Below, piece by piece: positions 7,301 through 15,163 of a stretch of DNA of 27,610 nt. Both the position numbers and the translations under genes were made by a program. Each line of letters begins with the position of its first letter. Position 1 is the first letter of the stretch. Origin of the DNA: a virus (Duplodnaviria > Caudoviricetes); the IMG/VR virus record IMGVR_UViG_3300047374_000128, positions 1 to 27,610 of that record; one strand, written 5' to 3'. The notes below the pieces were generated by a model. That model worked only from the letters and a program-made list of their open reading frames with translations. It ran no database searches and was not told the DNA's origin.

Positions 7301-8287
7301 TTAGTCCCTATAGTCGTTAAGTGTAAAGTTTGTTCCGTGCATCTTCATAAGATCACGTTCATGATTGGTGTAGACTAGCACCTCTGGATCGTCAACCAAG
7401 AAATCACAGTCGCGACAGAAATCTGGATAGTCTCCCGTGCGATGTTGTTCGCGCAACTTCTCGTACTCTTCGCCGAAGAATACATCCAAGATGGACTCTT
7501 CTGAACAGTGACCCAACACGGCTTCTTCGTCTCGCCCTAATACTTGACAACAGGGATGCACCGCACCCGTCTTACCGTCAAGTCCCCCAGAGCGAATAAC
7601 TACATCGGGAGAGAAAGGACGGCCACAAGTTTTTACTTGTCCCTGTCGTGCGTTGTCTCCGATGTCCCATGCGCCAGACCAGTTATGCATTTTCCATATC
7701 TCTGTCTTGACGCCCAACTCATCAACGAGTGCTTTGTACTTCTCTAGTTCCTCGTCGATATTATTGTTGTCTGTGATTAGATGATAGGTAGATACGACGC
7801 AGTCAGATCCCGACTCGTTCACATAGTCTACCATTTCTTGAATGTTGCGCTTGATTTGCGCGTAGTGACCACCCACAGCGTTGTACATCCACTTGGAATA
7901 GTCTTGTTCGTCTGCACCAATGAATGAGAATCGATAGAAGTCCAGTCCCGCGTCTACGCAGTCGCGCATGTATTGACCTTCCATCTTGAATCCGTTAGAG
8001 AAGATAAACGCCTTTGCGCCGTACTTCTTGCACACCTTGATGTACTCAGGTAGGTTCTTAGCCATTGTAGCTTCGCCTGATCCATCTAGGTTGACTACAT
8101 TCAGTCCGTGTTGAGCGCAGTCTGCGACATATCTTTCGAACTCATCAACCTTCATGATGCGTCGAAAGTCTCTGTGCCGTCCACCCTCGCGTAGGTCTTG
8201 CGGACACATCGAACACGAGTAGTTACATCCACCCGCGACTTCGATTACTGCACGGTCAATCTGAAATGTTTCTCTAGTCATTTCCAT
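7301..8287 (-). CDS. radical SAM protein with SPASM/twitch domain
   Basis: CNYSCSMC (CxxxCxxC), GSGEA, SNG; C-terminal CGRPF...HPCC...CRDC. Confidence 0.92.
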   Translation of the reverse strand: MEMTRETFQIDRAVIEVAGGCNYSCSMCPQDLREGGRHRDFRRIMKVDEFERYVADCAQHGLNVVNLDGSGEATMAKNLPEYIKVCKKYGAKAFIFSNGFKMEGQYMRDCVDAGLDFYRFSFIGADEQDYSKWMYNAVGGHYAQIKRNIQEMVDYVNESGSDCVVSTYHLITDNNNIDEELEKYKALVDELGVKTEIWKMHNWSGAWDIGDNARQGQVKTCGRPFSPDVVIRSGGLDGKTGAVHPCCQVLGRDEEAVLGHCSEESILDVFFGEEYEKLREQHRTGDYPDFCRDCDFLVDDPEVLVYTNHERDLMKMHGTNFTLNDYRD

Positions 8288-9155
8288 AGTACTGCTTCAT
8301 CCTATTCTCATAGTCAACTGCTTTATTCTTTGTGTGACCTAACAGATCACTTGTATGTTCTATCCACCACCAGACGTTACGATCGTCATAGTGCGTCTCA
8401 GGATTCAACCTAAGTGCATTCGGTGTATGATATTTAGTCACGCCTTCACCAGAGATTACGGCGAGTGGTCGTGCGAAGTTCTTTGCGACGTAGTGCCAGA
8501 TGCCGTCGTAGCAGATTACCATACGTGCGGTAGAGATGAGGTACATGGCTTCGGATGCAGGTGTGCGATACGACAATTCATGCATATCGAACCCCATCGC
8601 TTTGAAGTGTATGATTAGTTGTTCCCAGTCGTCGTTCTCGAATAGGCGTTTCCATGTGCGTGGTTTCTCGGCGTTCCATGTAGGACGCCAGTACACGATG
8701 CGTTTGGGATCATACTCTTGAAATGCGTCTTGTCGAAAGATCCAGTCGTTGTTCGGTGCTGGTGATCCTCGATCGTCGTTGTAGTACCCAGACTGAAACC
8801 AGAATCGGTTTTTCTGAGCGTGAGCGTTGACCGCTTTGACTCGATTGACTCCGTTCTCGTTGACGACATCATCAGCATACTTCCAGTCACGGTAGCGACC
8901 ATTCGCGTTAAAGATGTGGTGAATCTCTACGCGTTCTTGTTGATGATAGAAGTTGTGGATGTAGTCGCATCGCTCGATGATCGTCTCCGGATCTTCGAAG
9001 TGATGGAGATAGTCTTCACCGTGTTCCCAGTGAAGTTCTAGATTGATCTTACGGATATTGTGATCTGCCGCATATTTGTGGCATGAGTTTAACGCCCACA
9101 TGAAATCTCCGACGCCTGGCGTACCGCGCCAAGTTACGAGCTCGGATGGTTTCAT
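8274..9155 (-). CDS. GT-B fold, GT9 (heptosyltransferase)-like glycosyltransferase
   Basis: N-terminal PGVGDFM (GxGD) and C-terminal VICYDGIWHYVA (DSGxxHxA-like). Confidence 0.55.
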   Translation of the reverse strand: MKPSELVTWRGTPGVGDFMWALNSCHKYAADHNIRKINLELHWEHGEDYLHHFEDPETIIERCDYIHNFYHQQERVEIHHIFNANGRYRDWKYADDVVNENGVNRVKAVNAHAQKNRFWFQSGYYNDDRGSPAPNNDWIFRQDAFQEYDPKRIVYWRPTWNAEKPRTWKRLFENDDWEQLIIHFKAMGFDMHELSYRTPASEAMYLISTARMVICYDGIWHYVAKNFARPLAVISGEGVTKYHTPNALRLNPETHYDDRNVWWWIEHTSDLLGHTKNKAVDYENRMKQYYGND

Positions 9156-9487
9156 TAGTTAGTCTTAATACTCTTGACTTTACGCGCAGAACCCGTAGAG
9201 GTGTATAGACCGAACCACGCAGCGCCCGCACCGACTACGACAGAGATAAGACCGGCCTGTGATGCATTGGGTTCTGGTATGGACATGAACCACTGTGTGG
9301 TTTCGATCAACAAATAGAGATAGGTAGCGATGAATGCGCGAGGAAAAATGCGATAGGCATCGATTACGTCTGCGAACTCAAGCAATGCATCGAAGCGGCT
9401 GGGAACTACTTCTTTTTGAGTGGTGTCGAACTCGACCTCTAGTTCTAGTTTCTTCTTGATTGGTTGTGCAATAACTTCTTCGGTCAT
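9155..9487 (-). CDS. holin-like two-TM membrane protein
   Basis: DAYRIFPR followed by a TM segment, QAGLISVVVGAGAAWFGLY TM segment, basic C-terminal tail. Confidence 0.65.
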   Translation of the reverse strand: MTEEVIAQPIKKKLELEVEFDTTQKEVVPSRFDALLEFADVIDAYRIFPRAFIATYLYLLIETTQWFMSIPEPNASQAGLISVVVGAGAAWFGLYTSTGSARKVKSIKTN

Positions 9488-9648
9488 TTTTTCACCTTAA
9501 AATCTTTTGGATCACCGTTGATCAATTCTTTTGCTTTTGTTTCCCATATCCAAGGACATAGACCATGTACAAATGAAACAAAGGAGATTGTCCAAGCCCT
9601 TCGCAAATGTTCGAAGTAGCTCAGTTCAATCTCTTTCAGATGCTTCAT
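9484..9648 (-). CDS. small conserved hypothetical protein (HL..xxSYFEH...HGxxP family)
   Basis: Probable start MKHLKEIELSYFEH at 9648, coupled by TAATG to the carbamoyltransferase stop. Confidence 0.7.
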   Translation of the reverse strand: MKHLKEIELSYFEHLRRAWTISFVSFVHGLCPWIWETKAKELINGDPKDFKVKK

Positions 9649-11168
9649 TAGAAGACCTTTACGTCGTATTTTTGTTGCCATAGTTCTGCATCGTGTTCGT
9701 CGTTGACCATTGGTCTACCACGTATGTTTAAACTAGTATTTAGTAACATTGGCACCCCAGTGCGGTCATAATATTCTTCGATGACTTTACGGAACACAGA
9801 CTCGCAGTCCTTACGCACAATCTGCACCCGAGCAGATCCATCTACGTGAGTTACTGGAGCGTAGTCATGGTTCGCCCATGAGGTGAACTGCATGTGTTCA
9901 TTCATAGGACCGTCGAAATACTCCTCTGCATATTCCTCTAGGATTGCAGGGGCAAATGGACGGTACTTCTGTCTGCGCTTGATCGTATTGACCGTGTCTT
10001 GTACGTCGTACCTTACATCAGCAATAAGGGATCGGTTGCCAAGAGCACGAGGACCGAACTCAGCACGACCACTAGCGATTCCACAATAACGGTGTTCAAG
10101 TAGATGATCGACGATACTGCTAGGATCAATATCCCTTTTGATATCATACCCCGCATACGGACTCCATATTAGTTTGTTTTTTCCGGTTGCTTTTGCCCAT
10201 GAACGGGCAGCCGTTCCCAAACCAGACCCCGCGTCTGTCGGTGATACGGCAATATGTACCTCATCAAACAATTCAAACAAACGGGAGTTGATTACAACGT
10301 TCTGTGCACACCCGCCGGAATAACATAACTTATTACCATATTTAGACGCCTCGCGCATTATACCCATGATTGCGTAGTCCGCGAAATCTTGAGTAGCACG
10401 AGCAGCGACCTTGTCTTCTACTGCAGTGATCTTTGCACGTAACTCTTCGCGGAATACAACACGATCACGTTCGCGTTGAGATGTTTCGAAATCACCTACG
10501 GCAATCCCTTGTTCAATCTCTGGTGCAAGATCTTCTAGGTTGTTGTACCAGTCAATCAACCACTGAGTAATCGCCCACGACTCTTCGTCGGTCTCGTGGT
10601 ATGCAGACAGACCCATGACGACATACTCATCTTCGAGTGGCCGAAGACCCAAGAACTTAGTGACCGTCGTGTATACCAGACCTACCGACTTCGGATAGTG
10701 CCACTCTTTGATTAGATTGAAATTCGCGTCCATGATGGTCGCAGTCTGTAGTTCTCCGACGCCATCGATTGATACTAGGACAGTATCTTCTGTAGAGTCC
10801 CACGGCCGCGTGTAGAACGCAGCTGCACAGTGAGACTCGTGGTGCATGTGATTCACATCGTAAGTCATTGACTCAGGTATTACGAGACGACTGAATGTCT
10901 CTTCGGCAGTATCTGGTCTTCTTTCTAAATGTGATATGTCGCCTTTGACACCAACACCACCGCGCATATCAAACTTGACCGTATGGTCTTCGTAGAAAGA
11001 AACATGATCGTCATCACTCACCATGTCCCAGAGTAGATCAGGAATAAGTGGATCGTTCTTTTTCTTAGAGTATCGTTCGCCGTGTGTGGCAAACTCTACA
11101 ACACCATCTTCATTGATGATTGCAAATCCTGAGTCGTGATAGTGTTCACTAAAACCAACGTACTTCAT
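9648..11168 (-). CDS. NodU/CmcH/TobZ-family O-carbamoyltransferase
   Basis: HDSG, HHESH, IDGVGE, MGLSAY, SGGCAQN, DAGSGLG, EFGPRALGNRS, RPFAP, HVDGSARVQ and LNTSLN motifs all present; GAGGA RBS favours the ATG at 11168. Confidence 0.95.
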   Translation of the reverse strand: MKYVGFSEHYHDSGFAIINEDGVVEFATHGERYSKKKNDPLIPDLLWDMVSDDDHVSFYEDHTVKFDMRGGVGVKGDISHLERRPDTAEETFSRLVIPESMTYDVNHMHHESHCAAAFYTRPWDSTEDTVLVSIDGVGELQTATIMDANFNLIKEWHYPKSVGLVYTTVTKFLGLRPLEDEYVVMGLSAYHETDEESWAITQWLIDWYNNLEDLAPEIEQGIAVGDFETSQRERDRVVFREELRAKITAVEDKVAARATQDFADYAIMGIMREASKYGNKLCYSGGCAQNVVINSRLFELFDEVHIAVSPTDAGSGLGTAARSWAKATGKNKLIWSPYAGYDIKRDIDPSSIVDHLLEHRYCGIASGRAEFGPRALGNRSLIADVRYDVQDTVNTIKRRQKYRPFAPAILEEYAEEYFDGPMNEHMQFTSWANHDYAPVTHVDGSARVQIVRKDCESVFRKVIEEYYDRTGVPMLLNTSLNIRGRPMVNDEHDAELWQQKYDVKVF

Positions 11169-11180
11169 TACTTTCCTCAT

Positions 11181-11207
11181 AAAAAAAGGGGGGTCCTAAG
11201 ACCCCCC
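11181..11207 (-). terminator. intrinsic terminator
   Basis: Minus strand GGGGGGTC-TTAG-GACCCCCC followed by T7. Confidence 0.9.
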
Positions 11208-11227
11208 GACATGCTACCTTGAGCGGG

Positions 11228-11800
11228 TTAATTTCCTAAGATATACTCGTATATATCTTTCCAGTTACGCATCAATGGGAAGTCACAATCTTTGTTGTAA
11301 CCGTGTTCCATCACGAGCGATTCTAAACCTACCTTCGCGCCAGCAGTTGCGTTCTCTGGCTTGTCTTCAACCCAGACACATCCTGTTCCGCGATACGCTT
11401 CAAGCACTTCGTCTTTGTCTGCGCCTGTATCGAGATACACATACTTCTCAAAAACGGTTGGGCCAAAGAGTTCTTGTAGGTTCTTAGTGCGCAGGTGTTG
11501 TGCGTACTCATCGTTACTCAAAGAGGTGATCGCGTGGAATATGTAACCATGTTCTTCGTGTAACTTCTTTACATACTTGATTGAGTCACGGAGTGGTGGA
11601 ACCTTGCGGATCGTCGCACTCTCGTTGAACATACGACAGAGTCGTCGCTTCTCGTTGCGTTCCAAACCATACATGAAACCAACATCGTACACATCTGGAT
11701 TCTTCATAATGTAACCGTGACGCTTCATCCACTGTTGGAATGCGTACCCCCAATCTAGCAGTACTCCGTCACAATCTACTAATATCACTTTATCTCGCAT
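11228..11800 (-). CDS. HAD-superfamily 5'(3')-deoxyribonucleotidase-like phosphatase
   Basis: ILVDCDGVLLDW (DxD motif I), ITS, K, WVEDK (motif IV). Confidence 0.85.
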   Translation of the reverse strand: MRDKVILVDCDGVLLDWGYAFQQWMKRHGYIMKNPDVYDVGFMYGLERNEKRRLCRMFNESATIRKVPPLRDSIKYVKKLHEEHGYIFHAITSLSNDEYAQHLRTKNLQELFGPTVFEKYVYLDTGADKDEVLEAYRGTGCVWVEDKPENATAGAKVGLESLVMEHGYNKDCDFPLMRNWKDIYEYILGN

Positions 11801-11970
11801 TAAAACATACCATCCTGAACATCTCGCATAATGTTATAAACTTCAGACATTGTGTACCCATAATCATACAGGGCCACTTGAAACTCTCCCCAACTTGGAT
11901 TGGGTGATTGGTAGATGTAATGATCAACTAACTCTTTTATCAGATTTAAACTTTTAGTTGTATATTCCAT
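11800..11970 (-). CDS. small hypothetical protein (56 aa, not in ORF track)
   Basis: Manual translation MEYTTKSLNLIKELVDHYIYQSPNPSWGEFQVALYDYGYTMSEVYNIMRDVQDGMF*; GAGGAG RBS; TAATG coupling to the next gene. Confidence 0.75.
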   Translation of the reverse strand: MEYTTKSLNLIKELVDHYIYQSPNPSWGEFQVALYDYGYTMSEVYNIMRDVQDGMF

Positions 11971-11999
11971 TTAAATACTCCTCGACAAATTTCTATTAT

Positions 12000-12056
12000 A
12001 GTATACACAAACAGATGCGAACTGTCAACACTTATTTTTAATAAATGTGAATATTT
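12000..12056 (-). promoter_or_regulatory. sigma70-type early promoter cassette (partial copy)
   Basis: TTGACA(12028-12023)-17 bp-TATACT(12005-12000); TGTGAATATT half-site from 12046. Confidence 0.75.
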
Positions 12057-12873
12057 ACTGTGTCTTGTATCGTTTGTCATTCCAGTGTTGCAACATGTCA
12101 AGTTTCCATTCTCCGCCTGTGTAGTGACAGAACTTTGCTTTCTCGAAGAACTCTTCTTCGGTTGCGTAGTGTGGGGAATCGTTCCATGTTGTATCGATGG
12201 TCTCTACATCAAAGTCGTGTTTCATTAACTGCGCAGAGATGTAGGGCTGGTCATTCATGATGGACATGTGGAAGTCGCCGGTGTAGCACCAGTCTTCCCA
12301 CGAATCAAAGGTCTCACGCGCACGGAGACGCGCCTCACGCGACCATAAGACGACACCCGTATTCATGATAGTAATTTTAGAAGGTTTGTTAGGCGGCATT
12401 ACAGGGACGACAGGACAGTCGTGTAACGCAAACTTACGGCAGAAATCGTTGTAAGTATCGTCTTTGTAGTCCCACGAGTTGTACCCGCCACCGGATGCTG
12501 TAACAAAGTCTGACTCTAGGACACCGTAGACTTCGGCACCAGACTCCATCACATCGAATATGTTTTCTTCGGTGTTGACCACGATGTCGGTGTCCACGAA
12601 TAGGACATTATCGAAGTCATCAAAGATAGGATCTAACCAGACACGAGCGCACTCGTGTAGTAGAGAAGTGGAACAACCGTGTCCCTTAGTGATGACACGT
12701 TCGTCTGAATAGAAATGAGTTGCGCCTACTTTGTCGGCATAGTCCTCAAAGGACTCACGAGAGATTCGTGCAACTTCTTGATAGAGATCGGAACGATTCC
12801 AATCCCCGATGCGGCCTCGTTTATCGACCGCCTCCGTAACAATCATATATTGAAAGATAGCGTTTTGGGACAT
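12055..12873 (-). CDS. GT-A fold glycosyltransferase (GT8/GT34-like)
   Basis: FVDTDIVV (DxD), NTGVVLW, NDQPYI and FCHYTG motifs. Confidence 0.8.
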   Translation of the reverse strand: MSQNAIFQYMIVTEAVDKRGRIGDWNRSDLYQEVARISRESFEDYADKVGATHFYSDERVITKGHGCSTSLLHECARVWLDPIFDDFDNVLFVDTDIVVNTEENIFDVMESGAEVYGVLESDFVTASGGGYNSWDYKDDTYNDFCRKFALHDCPVVPVMPPNKPSKITIMNTGVVLWSREARLRARETFDSWEDWCYTGDFHMSIMNDQPYISAQLMKHDFDVETIDTTWNDSPHYATEEEFFEKAKFCHYTGGEWKLDMLQHWNDKRYKTQ

Positions 12874-13309
12874 TTTCTAACCTTGTCATAAGTCGTTCGG
12901 CGCGATTGCCTACTTGACGGTACCATAATGAATCGCGACCTTCAGCGGCCGCGGTTTCCCAGTCATCTCTATATAGAGCTGCCTGCATCTTCTTAAACTT
13001 GGACAGACGTGGTCGTCCAAGGTTAAACATCATATTAACCAGTATCTGCTTGACTTCGTCGGGGAACTTATGCCACCCTCTTCCGTATAACACAGCGCAC
13101 TCTGCGACTGCGGTGTTAAGGTCGGATTCGAAAGCCTCGGCGACTCTTTCTTCGGATACCGGCGTTCCGACTGGACATCCGTGCTCGGGGTCACTCTCTG
13201 TGATGAGATGTCCAACACCGAACGTGGGATAGCCGAGATGGTCGTGGTAAACCTCATAAACAACTCCTTCATCAATTTTTAACTGTTCGAATACAGCATT
13301 ACGATTCAT
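12821..13309 (-). CDS. T4-type lysozyme (GH24 muramidase)
   Basis: DEG...YHDHLGYPTFGVGHL gives the E-x8-D-x5-T triad; NMMFNLG, FKKM and SLWYRQVGNRAERL motifs. Confidence 0.93.
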   Translation of the reverse strand: MNRNAVFEQLKIDEGVVYEVYHDHLGYPTFGVGHLITESDPEHGCPVGTPVSEERVAEAFESDLNTAVAECAVLYGRGWHKFPDEVKQILVNMMFNLGRPRLSKFKKMQAALYRDDWETAAAEGRDSLWYRQVGNRAERLMTRLENVPKRYLSIYDCYGGGR

Positions 13310-13326
13310 GATGTATTATACCTCAA

Positions 13327-13512
13327 TTAAAGCTTGATTGCAAGTGTTGCAAGTATCGCGCATAACAAAATATTGGTCATTAAAAGTTCTAACGCTAGAA
13401 TAGTATGATACCAGATCCAACGAGTCTTGTAGGCATTGTCCACAGAGATATCTTCAGGATCGGGACCATTGTCTATCTTGTCCACCGGATTTGATCTAAA
13501 CCACTTAAACAT
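13327..13512 (-). CDS. small membrane protein
   Basis: 61 aa with a C-terminal hydrophobic helix, directly upstream of the lysozyme. Confidence 0.7.
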   Translation of the reverse strand: MFKWFRSNPVDKIDNGPDPEDISVDNAYKTRWIWYHTILALELLMTNILLCAILATLAIKL

Positions 13513-13747
13513 CGATTGTATTTCCCTCTCCAGAATTTTTCTTGATGTTTGTCAAATGACGTTCCCAGTCTTTACCTGCCATGGTCATTGGAGACTTTAC
13601 ACCAGAGACCACTTTAGGGACAGACTCAGATGAATGGTATCGTTCCCATTGCGGATTGTTTCTTTTCCATTCATCATATTCGGAAATCCGGAGAGTCACT
13701 TCCATGAACTCTCCGGTTTCGTTGTTCTTAAACTCATACTGTGGCAT
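13505..13747 (-). CDS. FmdB-like (MPxYEF) conserved phage protein lacking Zn cysteines
   Basis: MPQYEFKNNETGE...NP.W pattern common in T4-like phages. Confidence 0.75.
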   Translation of the reverse strand: MPQYEFKNNETGEFMEVTLRISEYDEWKRNNPQWERYHSSESVPKVVSGVKSPMTMAGKDWERHLTNIKKNSGEGNTIDV

Positions 13748-13755
13748 TATTTATA
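13748..13755 (-). promoter_or_regulatory. T4-type late promoter motif
   Basis: Exact TATAAATA directly abutting the ATG at 13747; if active it would serve the downstream genes (membrane protein, lysozyme). Confidence 0.5.
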
Positions 13756-13823
13756 CATTCCAAACATGTTTCGATTCACTACGACAGGAGTCTCACATAT
13801 GCACCTGAAGAGATAATCACCTC

Positions 13824-13979
13824 CTATCGAGAAAGTTGTTGATCGGACGGATTGCAATAAAGTCTCGTTTGATAATAAGTTAAATTACCTTGAGAGTATA
13901 GTGCTTGTCGCCTCGCATCGTGAACGAACCTTTGAAGTTCGTTAATATCTTTGTTCAACTTTTCTTCTTGTCTCGACAT
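13824..13979 (-). CDS. small hypothetical protein (51 aa, not in ORF track)
   Basis: TAAGGAG RBS; manual translation MSRQEEKLNKDINELQRFVHDARRQALYSQGNLTYYQTRLYCNPSDQQLSR*. Confidence 0.6.
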   Translation of the reverse strand: MSRQEEKLNKDINELQRFVHDARRQALYSQGNLTYYQTRLYCNPSDQQLSR

Positions 13980-14017
13980 AGGATTCTCCTTAGATTATAG
14001 TTTAATTGTCGAAAAGA

Positions 14018-14449
14018 TTACTCGCGGATCAAATTTGGAAATGCCTCCTGTACTATTTTTTTAGTGATGTAACGGACAGGTGGTTTCTTAGCCACCATCT
14101 TGAGAACATATTCAGCGTCTTCAGGATGAATGCCTTCTAACAACTGAACGAATTTATTTTCGCGTTTGTACGCGGGTAGGGAATCGCCTCTACCGCCAGA
14201 CACATATATCCCAAACTCTCTGTGTCGTTTCAACAGAGTAGACGGAACGGATTCTGGTTTATTTGGGGTAAAGGGTGGACGACCTTCGGGCAGATTAAAC
14301 GTCAAGGAATCGTCAAACGTTCCGCGTAAAATGTCCCGAAGGGCCCAGTTTTCTGAGTATTTCTTCAATACGTCTAATCGTTCGTCGCGAGTATCAGCTT
14401 TCTTATACTCCTCGAAGATCTCAAAGACTTCTTTACGAATGGTGTTCAT
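14018..14449 (-). CDS. conserved T4-like phage hypothetical protein (DUF6433-like)
   Basis: EIFEE...LRDIL..TFD...FNLPEG.PPF and RENKFVQLLEGIHPEDAE motifs; probable start MNTIRK at 14449. Confidence 0.8.
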   Translation of the reverse strand: MNTIRKEVFEIFEEYKKADTRDERLDVLKKYSENWALRDILRGTFDDSLTFNLPEGRPPFTPNKPESVPSTLLKRHREFGIYVSGGRGDSLPAYKRENKFVQLLEGIHPEDAEYVLKMVAKKPPVRYITKKIVQEAFPNLIRE

Positions 14450-14450
14450 A

Positions 14451-14720
14451 TTATGCCTTCTCAATTTTATAACAGACGTAACGTTTTCTCTCGATGAGAA
14501 TTTCTTGTTTCGTAGTACATGCAAACAAGAATTGTCTTAGTCCGATATCGTACCTAATAATAGTATTGCGATCTTGTCCAGTCTTTCTCTCCAGTTGAGC
14601 GATACGACTGTCTTTTTGATCTATCACCTTTATATATTCATCAAGTAACTTTGCTGTGCCACCAATCCAGACCAAAGAGCACAACAAGGCACTGAGTGCC
14701 GCTGTATATAAGGTGCGCAT
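14451..14720 (-). CDS. N-terminally anchored coiled-coil protein (possible i-spanin-like)
   Basis: N-terminal TM segment, heptad-like middle, two C-terminal Cys; AGGAGAG RBS; late promoter upstream. Confidence 0.65.
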   Translation of the reverse strand: MRTLYTAALSALLCSLVWIGGTAKLLDEYIKVIDQKDSRIAQLERKTGQDRNTIIRYDIGLRQFLFACTTKQEILIERKRYVCYKIEKA

Positions 14721-14745
14721 AAGACTCTCTCCTTTAGTCTATAAT

Positions 14746-14753
14746 TATTTATA
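14746..14753 (-). promoter_or_regulatory. T4-type late promoter
   Basis: Exact TATAAATA on the minus strand, upstream of 14720. Confidence 0.8.
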
Positions 14754-14766
14754 GACGGAGAGGGGT

Positions 14767-14967
14767 TTACTCAGGCAGTTTTTCGACCTTTGACTTAATA
14801 AATGTACGACCTTTCGTACTAAACAATCGGGTCACAAACGGAATGAACTTACCATTCTCTTCGGTCTGGTAGCCGTGAAGGTGTGTGTTGCGTTCGGAAG
14901 TGTAGTAGATGTAGTTGGACGCACGTCCTTCCCACTCGGTGGTCTCTACCAGTTTGTTATAACTCAT
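14767..14967 (-). CDS. hypothetical protein
   Basis: 66-aa ORF with an AAGGA RBS, overlapping the upstream ORF. Confidence 0.7.
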   Translation of the reverse strand: MSYNKLVETTEWEGRASNYIYYTSERNTHLHGYQTEENGKFIPFVTRLFSTKGRTFIKSKVEKLPE

Positions 14968-15163
14968 TATGCATTTCCTTTATCAGTTCAATAGATTGAG
15001 AGAGACCATTGATCTCACCTTCACATAACATCCAAGAAGTTTTACGAGTACTTATTCGGGTACTCACCAAAGTTTCTTGATTGACAATGTCGATTTGAGA
15101 CTGAAAGTGTTTTACTTCTCTCAGTCTCTCCTCTAATCGTGCAAGTAACAGTTCTACGTTCAC
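14957..15163 (-). CDS. hypothetical protein
   Basis: 68-aa helical ORF with a GTGA overlap with the upstream gene. Confidence 0.6.
   Translation of the reverse strand: MNVELLLARLEERLREVKHFQSQIDIVNQETLVSTRISTRKTSWMLCEGEINGLSQSIELIKEMHNEL

Noticed and set aside
9648-11168. Definite call of 5-carbamoyloxymethylcytosine DNA modification
   Set aside because: No hydroxymethylase or other base-modifying gene is in the window, so the substrate cannot be assigned from this sequence
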